20,000 bases of DNA from Coniocarpon cinnabarinum. Lineage: Eukaryota. The DNA lies in the NCBI GenBank assembly GCA_051942205.1, contig JAVECO010000121.1, positions 51,625 through 71,624 of the forward strand, in the 5' to 3' direction. Each line of letters starts with the position of its first letter. Position 1 is the stretch's first letter. Both the position numbers and the translations under genes were made by a program. The notes under the pieces were generated by a model. That model did not search any database and had not been told where the DNA came from. It worked only from the letters and a program-made list of their open reading frames with translations. Shown piece after piece: positions 1 to 9,364 of the stretch.

Positions 1-442
1 TCAGGATGTCCATGAGCTTGGCGTTGGGATCCGGCTGGGTGGTGCCGAACACGAAGACAGAGCCGCCGGAGGGCTGCTTCGCTTTCTGGTTCAGAGGCTG
101 AGTGACGTGGCCGTTTTCGAGATACTTGATTGCGATCGTGGATCCGGGAGCGACTTGCAGGCGTGGGTAATTGGGTGTGTTGCTGGGGTTGCGCTGGCTG
201 GTGTGGCACATGAAGTCGGTGTTGTCGATGCGCGAGCGCTTGGATTCGGCGGAGGGAAGCATCCACATCATAGAGTTGCCAGTGTAGCCGGGGTCAGTGC
301 GCGCCACGTAGCCTCGAGGATACCCGTTCGTGAGGAAATTGCCCTTGTCGTCCATGAGGGACATTTGCTCGATCCATGAGTGGGCGCTGACACCGGGCAA
401 GAGCGCCGCAGCCATGACGCTGAGAGCTGTGAATGTTTTCAT
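1..442 (-). CDS. Secreted protein with mature N-terminal His (DUF7492-like; candidate LPMO-like copper protein), 3' end outside the window
   Basis: The frame is open from ATG at 442 (context AAACAACA-ATG) to the window edge: MKTFTALSVMAAALLPGVSA|HSWIEQMSLMDDKGNFLTNGYPRGYVARTDPG...FMCHTSQ...YPRLQVAPGSTIAIKYLENGHVTQP...GGSVFVFGTT. A 20-aa signal peptide ends in VSA. The motifs HSWxEQ, GYPRG, YPRL and ENGHVT resemble, from memory, a conserved uncharacterised fungal family. It is absent from the ORF track because it has no stop in the window. Confidence 0.88.
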   Translation of the reverse strand, partial: MKTFTALSVMAAALLPGVSAHSWIEQMSLMDDKGNFLTNGYPRGYVARTDPGYTGNSMMWMLPSAESKRSRIDNTDFMCHTSQRNPSNTPNYPRLQVAPGSTIAIKYLENGHVTQPLNQKAKQPSGGSVFVFGTTQPDPNAKLMDIL

Positions 443-1146
443 TGTTGTTTTCTCGTATAAAATCTTCTGGCCAGCAGAACGATGTGTTAGAAGTGAACGG
501 TTAATAACGTGCGTCGTCGAGATGTTGAGTCCGTCGAGCTGGCGGCTTGTCGATGGAAGCGCTACTGTTTAGACGATCCACGCGTGGACACAGAGATGAT
601 CTTGCTCAAAGGAGAGACTGTGCGGTCCGAGGACTTGAAAGAACGACGGCTAAGTACTGTCAAAGAAAGTGAAGGGCAAAAGTCGCACACAGTGCGAGAG
701 ACACACAGCGTCTCGAAGAAGCGAAAACAGAGTGAGAAGAACGTTAGGTACAGTGCAGCGCAGCTGAGAGTACAACAGCAAGGATAGGGCAAGATACTTA
801 GGTGTAGGTCGGGTGTGGTAAGAAAAGTGGAGGATGAGGTCGGCCTGCTAGTGCAAACAAGACACTGTTTTGCCATGGCGGACCCGGCAACGAAATTGGG
901 AGTTCGTAGCCTGGCAACCATGTTTGCTACGCTTCGGCTATAGAAGGGACAAACCATAGACTGCTCCTAGGTGGTGGGCTCAAGGACCGCAGTGAGGCAA
1001 AGACTGGGGTGGCCCACCTACTGTCAGAGGTGTTTGCATCTGTCAGAGCCAATGGCGGAGGGATGGGGCAAGGAACCATAGCCGCTGTGCATCTGAGACA
1101 GCGGCCGAGTCGCAGGGTCTTTCGATCGACGTCCAGTGCTCGCATA

Positions 1147-1403
1147 GCGGTTGAGCCTCACTGAGGGCTCTAAAGAAAGCGCGCTTGTTTGACAGTCTGT
1201 TGTGTGCTTTGCGCTTCGCGTCCCTCCTCCTCCCCCGCCCTCCTCACCCATCCACCACCTCCCCCACCCACCATCCCGCGGTCGAGCCTCAGTGAGGAAT
1301 CTAAAGAAAGCGCGCTTGTTTGACACTCTGTTATTCATCTGGATCGTCACCGCTTGAGCCTCACTGAGATTCTAAAGAAAGCGCGCTTGTCTCACACTCT
1401 GAC
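1147..1403. repeat. Three dispersed direct copies of a ~55-bp element (1147-1201, 1278-1332, ~1350-1403)
   Basis: Copies 1 and 2 match at 50 of 55 positions. The 20-nt core TCTAAAGAAAGCGCGCTTGT is identical at 1169-1188, 1300-1319 and 1371-1390. Each copy has internal palindromes CCTCA(C/G)TGAG(G) and AAGCGCGCTT. Confidence 0.95.
1222..1277 (-). other. Potential G-quadruplex-forming tract
   Basis: The + strand has seven C3-C5 runs. The minus strand over 1222-1249 reads GGG-TGAGGA-GGG-C-GGGGG-AGGAGGA-GGG, which fits (G3+N1-7)3G3+. Confidence 0.55.
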
Positions 1404-1931
1404 GTGTACTCGAAGCGTGCCTGAGATTAACAGCTGATGTAAACGCGCAAATGGATGGCAACATTCGGCTATCCGGCTCATCTGAATCAGAAATGCAGAG
1501 CGACAAGCCTCTACATCCCGAACTTTGCATTTACAAAGGCCACAGACACTAAGTGACGAGTGACGGACAAAGAACGCACAGTGAGGGGAGAGGCGAGGTC
1601 AGACGAACGACGCGTCTGAAACAGCGTTTAGAGCGAAGCTCGCGTCTGCCCCGTGATTGGATCACATTTCGCCCCAAGTCTGGCGGCTGCATCCGCCTGT
1701 TCCAGGCCCCAATGACTCGCCTCATGCTTCGTTTAAGGTTGCTGAGATAGACGCGCATCCCTACTTATACCAGGCCTCAAATTCTTCCATAGCTATCATA
1801 TATACCTCGTGATTCCGAAGTGGCTCATCAAATGTCACCGTAGAGATGCCTCCCGCTATCGTGGCTACAATACTCATACAAATGTACAAAGTTCATCGCA
1901 TCATTGTGCATTGCCAGAGTCAGTCATTTTC

Positions 1932-4900
1932 TTACCATCCTTGGTAGTATGTCATGCCGTCAGTGTTCGCCATGGCGCCAAAGTTGAACATGGGATCGCC
2001 CATAAACATGCTCGATAGGTCCGCGTCCGTCGTGCCCATGGCCATTTGCATCGCTTGGTCAAACCCCACGCCCATGTTAAAGTCCCCGGCATCTCCTACG
2101 GCGTTGGGATCAAAGCTCGATGTCGGTTGGGATGTCGCGCTATCTGCCGGTCGCTGATAAAACCCTTGGCCAGGCGTGATGGACGTCTGCTGCATGTGTT
2201 GAGCGGACGAAGAACGAGGCATCTGGACGCCGGAGCTGCTCTGTGACGAGAGCGGGGGGTTGCTCGAATCGGAGTTGTGGGTCGCCACGGCACTGAGCAC
2301 GTGCAGCGGCGTTGAGGTATTAGGGAATCGATTTTGCTGCTGTTGCGAATGACGGGACGTAGAATGCACAGGGTCGGACCGGTGCGGGACGGGTGTGTCG
2401 CGGTGCTGTGGATCTCGAATGATGTCTTCGGCGTGTTGGGTTGCTGCCCACGGGTTGAACTTGGAAGCGTCGCGTGGGACATTCTTATTGTCTTTGTTAT
2501 TCGTGAACCACTCTCGCAGCTTGCCTAGGATAAGCAAAAACTTGTTGGCGGGCCGGAAGGATTCCTCGTCGTCGATGGTATGGAAGATGCGCAGCAGTGT
2601 GTCTAAGTGATGCTCGACCTGCAGATCTTCTTTACTGATCACCTTTGCCACTTCGGAACCCGGTGCAGAGACGGCAAAGTACAGTTTGATAAGTACCACG
2701 ACGGCGTACGCTACGCGAACAAAGTAGAAGATGGGCAATGCCCGGATGGTCGAAATGTCCATGTTAAAAAAGGATTGCATGGTCCCATGCACCGCTGTCA
2801 AGCACTCAGACAGTGCTTTCGAATGCGAAGGCGACAGGATGACACTCTGTCCAGAAGCAGCACGAAGAGACTCCTCAGTGAAAGGTGCACGAAAGTCGTC
2901 AATGTTGTGGTTGATGTGCAGTGCTACCTCGTGCATGTACAGTCCGGTGACGTGCTCATTGAATTGCAGCTGCCCGTTCCATGCGGCGGACGACGACGCT
3001 GCTTTGCTCCAGAACTTGAGCTGGGCCTCAAATTGTTTCAGAGCGTGCTGGACGCGTGGATCTGACATCGATATCGTTGCCGATGGGTCGTCCATCGAAA
3101 ATTGGTGGCCAATCTCCTCGCTGATATGCTGAAGGCGAACAAATTGACAAAGCAGTTTATCGGTCTGCAAGGCGACGTCCGACGTTTCGAGAACCTCAAG
3201 ACTTTCATCCATGTAGCAGGACCATCGGATGAGGTTCGGCCGTCTCAGTGTCATCGCGGTGCTACGAGGCGCTTTTAGTAACCACAACTCCCCGATTGGC
3301 GTGTCTGAGATCGTTTGACATGACTTACTTTGCGCATAAAAAGTAGCAACCCATCCAAGTTCTTCGTGCCTCCAGTGTTCCTGGATTCATCAAGTACTTC
3401 GGCATGCGAGCCTGCTCGCTTCCGGTCTGAGGCCTGCCTGATCTGGATCCCGGCGCGCATTTGCCCATGCCGACGTCAATAGCCATTGTTGCCGCGATGT
3501 GAGCCATCTGATAAAAGTTCATCTGTTCGTACCTTTTTGGAGGTCGATACCATGTCGTTGCGATTATGAGAGCTTGAACCAGCTCCAGGCTTTTGCCTCC
3601 TAAGCGTACTATGCAATTTGCGAATGTGTCCAATAGCAGTTCAGTTAGCTCGTCCTGCGGCTCCAATGGCATCATGCCGACTGACGCCGCAACAATGATG
3701 GACAGGAATAAAATGGGCTTTTGTGTCCGTATCTGATGTGCCGTGGTCTGAGGTGTGAATACCACAGCTGGCATATGCTGAGCCATTTCAACGACATAGC
3801 GGTCAAAGATCCGGTTTGCGTTGCGATCATCCAACACGACCTCGATCTTGCGGCTCAAGCTAGATGCAACGCGCTGAAGAGTATCAGGCGCTGGATCATC
3901 TCGAGCGGATTTAAGCACTGAGCGCCTTGTTTGCGGGGGTTGCTTGTCTAAATCAAAAGAGGAGACTTGGTCAGCCCCGAGACATTGCCGGTGAATGACA
4001 ATCAAATCGAATGCTCACCATAAGGCACGTCAGACAGACGTCTCTTCTGCACCAGCGACCTCTCCGCGGACTCCCTATGTCTCTGCGCAGGATCACTCGA
4101 CCCATCTCGATATGATGAATCGGGTGGTCCGCGAGAGCTTTGCGAACCATAGCTGTGTGATGAATCCGGGGAAGACACATTGGCAGGTCCATGGCGATGC
4201 TGTGGACCTTCAGGTGATGACATGCTCGCCTGATGTTGCGAGTTGAGCGAGGCGGTCAGGGCATCGATCTTTTTCTCGAGCTCCGCGACCCTGCTGTCTG
4301 TCTTCTTCTGTCTCTTGCGGCTAGGAGCTGTGATGATGCATTGCCGCTTGGCCTTGGCGCATCTTTTGCACGGCGCGTCTGGGTTGTCGGGGTCTTGATC
4401 GCAGCGCACTTTCAGGCCTCGACACGCCTCACAAGCGCGCGATCGCTTGGGATCGTTGGCATCGTTGCTGTCGCGTCCCCGTCAGCAGAGGACCTCATTA
4501 AATGGCGAGCAGCAGGCGCGAGTCTAAGAGACCGCAACTGTATGCAAACATACACATCGGTGGGCGAGGGTCCTGAGTCAGGATGCTCGTCTGCAGGCTC
4601 ATCTGAACGATATTGCGGACTGTCATAGCGCTGCACGTGTGGTGTCACCGAGGCGCCGGCAACTGCTTGCTGCAGCGCAGGTGTGTGGGCCTGTTGTGAA
4701 GGCGGCGGCGGCTGCGCCTGAGTCGGGTGGTAGTAGGACTGCGGGTAGGGAGGATGGTGGGGAATAGGGTATGGATGGGACTCGGAGCTGGTGGACTGGA
4801 TCCGTGGTAGTCGAGGTGGCGGAGGGTTGGAGTAGCCGTAGACGGGAGTGTGCAGAGCAGCCTGGTGATGCTGATGCTGATGCTGCTGCTGCTGTTGTTG

Positions 4901-5017
4901 CTGGTGCTGCTGTGCGCGCTCAGAGGACTGCGGTGGGGCCGAGGCGTACTGCTCGTCGGGATGCTGGGAGGGATATCGTTGGCGTGCGTCGAGGTTGGCA
5001 GTGGACATGTCTGTCAC
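1932..5017 (-). CDS. Zn(II)2Cys6 fungal transcription factor (War1/PriB-like architecture), ~953 aa
   Basis: Exons 5017-4554, 4467-4019, 3947-3329 and 3261-1932; GT-AG introns of 86, 71 and 67 nt keep the frame. Splicing restores KRSRACEACRGLKVRCDQDPDNPDAPCKRCAKAKRQC, followed by the coiled coil RVAELEKKIDALTASL and a fungal TF middle homology region (PILFLSII...EARRTWMGCYFL). An alternative start is possible at 5008. Confidence 0.93.
4863..4912 (-). repeat. Coding CAG/CAA/CAT-rich tract (polyQ/QH) in the TF N-terminus
   Basis: Encodes QQHQQQQQQQHQHQHHQ; the + strand shows TGC/TGT/TGA triplet runs. Confidence 0.8.
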
Positions 5018-6365
5018 TGCCAGGCAGCGTGGACTGTTCGGCTTTGGGGGAAAGTCCTAGTGGACAGTGGATCGCGTGGTCGTTTTCTCCGTCTGGGTGT
5101 TCGGATATCGGGGTGGGACGCCACCGGCCGGCCGAACAAGCGTCCAAGCAGCGCAATGGCAACGTCAATCCCTTACGCTCTACGGAACGGTGTGTATAAG
5201 ATCATCTACAGCGAAACACACCCAGCCTTCCCCCGCGGCCAATCACTTGCTCCGCGACGTGGAGGAGCAAGGGTCGTGGATGGACAAGTCGGATAGGCAC
5301 TGACTGGGCCGGCCAGCTGCAGAGCGACCGTTGCAAGGCTTCATTCCACGCTTCTGAGATGACATGCCCGCGGACCAAGTACAATTCGACACATCCTTCG
5401 CAGCCATGCCCGGGGCACACGGCTGGGCGTGCACGCGGTAGACGCTGCGACTCCATTGTCCCCCACGCCGCTCATCCTGCCTTATTCTTACTGTCCCACT
5501 ATTCGTGGGATCCTCGTGTTGGCGTGGTGGCCTGCATTCGCGATGTGGCTTAGCGGATTATGCCACTCCTATACTATATGTGTACCTCCTCGTCACTGGC
5601 AGCATACTCGAGTCTTACCATGCCGCCCGAGTTTCGAAAGGCACTCGGCCACGAAGCGCGACGACGCAGTCCGTGATCCCGTGCGTCTCGACAAGGGCAT
5701 CGGCAGACTTTCAACATGGCACTCAGTACGCCAAGAGAGCATCTGCACCTACACGATCCGCGGCAACTACAACGCGGCGAGAACCTCAAATGACTTTGCA
5801 CGGTGCTTGGTCGTGGCCCCTGCGCGGGTCCAGTGTGTAGATCGTTGGATTGCTATTTCAGAGCATTCGTCATCATTGTCTTCGTAGCCTCTTCCCTCTC
5901 CCAAGACGCTTCCCTCACCCTTCAAAGCGTTTCATCATCATCAACGTCGTCATCTTCCCGCTTCTCCGTATCGTCATCAGTCATTCCATTGTGGTCATTG
6001 TCTTTGCAGTCGTCCGACTGTACAGGTCATGTGAGCGACCGGCGCGGTGTGAACGTCGTCCGTGCGGCTGAATGTCTTTGTTTGTGACTGTGAGATCGTT
6101 ACCGTAGAGTCGTTTCGAAAAGCTCGTTGTCAATCTAGACCTTTCTCTCCAATACTCAACACGGTCATCATCTTCGGGTGAGGGCGGATCGATGCCCTCC
6201 CCATGCTGGTCATAAAGTCGTTAAGAAGTGAACAGCGATAATCGCTTGTGCCAGTCTTAGCCAAAACGGCTACGGGCGAGCAGAGGCACTTTCCTTCCCA
6301 GTGCAGCCCACGTCGCAGATGGCGAAGAACTTTTTTGTTGCAGGACAAAAACCTCCCACGCAAAT

Positions 6366-8039
6366 TCAGGTCACTCGCAAATTAAGCATGATTGGCTTAA
6401 ACTTAGTCCCAACTTCGCACTTGGGACAACGAGAGCCACTTCTCTCTGCCATGTTTTGGAGAACCTCTGCACACATGCGGCATAGCCCACAAATGCACTC
6501 AGTGCAAGCGAAGCTTTGCTGTACGGGTGTGATCTTATGACACGCTGCACAGTAATGCTGCACGCTGTGTGTCGGAGGCTGTTGCATGACAGCTCCCTGC
6601 GTAGGAAACGTTGGTTGTGAGAACGAATGGCCATGGAGGTGACGTGCATAAGACGCCGCGGTCGAGGACAGATCGTTGGGAGAAGAGGATAGACCCGACT
6701 GTGGAATATGGAAATTGGAGCTCGATGATGATTGCGGCTGGTGAGCGCGAGGATTATAACCAAATGCATTCGATAGCGAAGAGTCCGCGGAGGAGTTATG
6801 ATGATGCTGATAAGCTGACTGTGGATTCACATGGCTGTAATCTGACGACTCCACAGAGGGAAACGCCTCGAGGGATGGCTCGCCAAAGCCGCCAGGGTCT
6901 CCACCAGGTTCATCGGGTGATTGCTGTAAGATAGTCTGTCCCAAGGGCGACGTATTGTAAGAATGATACTGGGTATGGTTAGGTCCCTGATAGGGAGGTA
7001 TAGACCCTCGAGGCGAGGTTGGCATTGGTGTCAAATCCCTGCTTTCCTCTTCTGTCGCTGACGCAGCCGCGTCCAACAGCTCTTCCCACTTGTTGCCCGG
7101 CCCAATAGATCCCATTTTCCGTCCACTGCTAAGCCGCTTTTCTTCTTTCGATCTTTGACGCTCATGCTTGGGCTTGCGTGCATGCTCGACAACTGAAGGT
7201 TTCCTCGAACGATTGCCTTTGTGGCGACCAAACGCTGATCCAAGGCCACGAGGACTATCACCCGGTGGGAAATCTGCCGGCATAAGATTGTTGTGTCGAG
7301 AAGGATCATTCAGTGAGGGGTGGGTGTTCGCGAACAAGCTTTGTGGTTCCGCTCCGGCAAAATAGTTGGAGAATTGTGGGTCATGATCTGGGTCATGAAA
7401 GCCGTCCTATAAGATGGTGCGCGTAAGTCTCGTTTCCACATGGGGTTGAGAGAGTCTTACTCGATCTGCATCCCATTCGGCTTCGGCCGGTCTTGAGTTG
7501 TGCAGTTGAGCTAAAGCAGCGGCAGCATTGGCCGCTGGAACGAATGACGGCCGTCTTATGTGATCAGTGTGGGGCATGTGCTGTGCTGCGCCGGTGTGAT
7601 CGTAAAACGCGGACGGGCCAGAAAGAAAATCTACACATGAGTCAACACTGTGGAAAGCGCCGTCCCTCTCAACATCTCACGAACTGTTTGTGCCGTACTG
7701 TTGGGGAGTCGTCTGATTTTGAGGTCGATCCTTGGGATCCGTGTTCACCATGAGATTGAAGCTTTCTTCCGTCGCCGGCAGCTTGGAGATGTAGTTGTCC
7801 GGGTGCGCTCGCCGTATGTGCTCCTGCATAGAGCGATAACGCTTTTCCTGGGAAATCACATGCCTGATCAGCTTTGCAGCTCTCGGGCCAGAAAAGGATC
7901 GTTTTTGCGCTCGAACACTCACCCCGAAACAGCGTTTCCTGCACAGAGTGCCGTCATTGTTCTTGAGAGGACATACAACCTCGTTCTGCTCATTCGCCGA
8001 GGTCGCGAATGAGCCAGTGAGAGAGGAGCGCTGAGGCAT
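6366..8039 (-). CDS. Conserved fungal protein with N-terminal C2H2-like zinc finger and C-terminal RING-like Cys-rich domain, ~496 aa
   Basis: Exons 8039-7923, 7847-7685, 7630-7461 and 7406-6366; introns of 75, 54 and 54 nt with GTGAGT, GTTCGT and GTAAGA donors. The spliced N-terminus reads CPLKNNDGTLCRKRCFG|EKRYRSMQEHIRRAH. The middle has AAAALAQLH and WEELLDAAASA. The C-terminus reads CAAC-x11-CTECICGLCRMC-x14-CPKC. Confidence 0.88.
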
Positions 8040-8577
8040 GTCCGGGCAGCAAGCTCGCAGCGGAAGTGGACGTGAGGTCAGCCAGCAACATGAGTCCCTT
8101 CCCCCAAAGAGGAAATCGAGGGGGCTCTATACGGTAGCTGGAGGTACGCCCACGCGGGTGACTACAGCCGATTGGAGCGAGCTTCTGGGGAATGGGCGCA
8201 GGATGCAGCATTCAAGCAACAAGCTCGGACGGGTTTGCTTGAAGTGCTAGGTGGGCGCAGAGGTGGGGAGGTGAGAGGGTGGGTCAAAATGGAGGGGCGG
8301 AGCAACGAGGACGAGCGTCGAGCGGGAGCGTTAAGGTTTCCGTGAGAATGGTGATGTGCATCTGAGAAGCGCTGGCGGCGGCTAAAGGGTGATCCACACA
8401 CACACAGCGAGGGAGACAGAGAGGGTCTTCCAGGCCGGTCGACGTGACTTTGGGCCAGGCTAGGCGCACCAGTGCCGGAGCTTGGGAGCTGGCGCCAGGC
8501 GGGTATTAGAGAGCAATGAGGTGACTGCGTACAATCGGCCGTGAGTCGTGACGCGACGGGGAGAGACAGGAGCTGCT

Positions 8578-8595
8578 GGTGGTGGTGGTGGTGGT
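8578..8595. repeat. (GGT)6 microsatellite upstream of the RING-like gene
   Basis: GGTGGTGGTGGTGGTGGT read directly. Confidence 0.8.
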
Positions 8596-9364
8596 GTCCG
8601 CGCGAGGAGGAACAGCGAGACAAGGCGAGACGCGCGATGGCGGGGAGAGGAGCAAACAGACGACAGGGTTGCGCAGTTCGAGGCCAGCTCGAGAACGAGA
8701 AAGAGGGGGGAGAGAGAGAGACGTGAGGATTGAGGTAGTATCTATCCCACGCTGCTCAGCCCACCCGTGGGAGTCACCACTGACGTCGGGCACTCGTCCG
8801 TGGTGCTCTAGCGGCGTAGATGGTGCACGAGCCGAGTGTGCGTGAGTGTGGGTGTGTGGATGTAGGTGTGGGTTTCGATGGCGTGGTGGCCGTGCGGTGG
8901 GCGAAGGCGCAGAGAGAGGACTGGAATGTGGAATGAATGGAAAGCTGCCAGAAGCGGGGTCAGGCCTGAAATGCTTCCGAGCGCCGAGAACGGTAAAGGT
9001 CGGCGCTTGTCACGTGCTGAGGGTCCTCTTCGCGCTCCATGTGTACACCCGCAGCACGTGCCGAAAGGCATTCACATATGAAGCTTCGGACACCCATCAC
9101 GAGTGGTCAACGTTGCTCTAACTGGAGAGATACTGCCGCATTCAGATCGTCAACATTCGAAAGGAGTTTCCATCGAGCATCCATGTCATGCGCCCGTCGA
9201 CACACAGAATCAACAAGTCCAGATTACCGTCGCACTGTCCAAGCCATGTCAATCCTTACCAGTTCCTGAGCCCAACCATGATCCCTCAAGCGAACAGCGT
9301 CCCATGATGCTCCTTAGACTTCCCACAAATCCCGCACAGTTCGATCGACCCGGCTAGGCCTGTC

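Noticed and set aside
107..957. Track ORFs 107-379, 330-572, 509-787 and 562-957
   Set aside because: They are antisense shadows or promoter ORFs; the convincing gene is the minus-strand frame starting at 442.
1147..1403. CRISPR-like array interpretation of the repeat-spacer pattern
   Set aside because: Only three copies, very unequal spacers (about 76 and 17 nt, one low-complexity), eukaryotic context and no cas genes.
1147..1403. Hammerhead ribozyme (CTGA...GAAA in the repeat)
   Set aside because: No copy has an intact CUGANGA core, and copy 2 has GTGA.
8162..8623. 153-aa ORF with a His6 run
   Set aside because: It starts at TTG, the His run comes from the (GGT)6 microsatellite, and the composition is leader/promoter-like.
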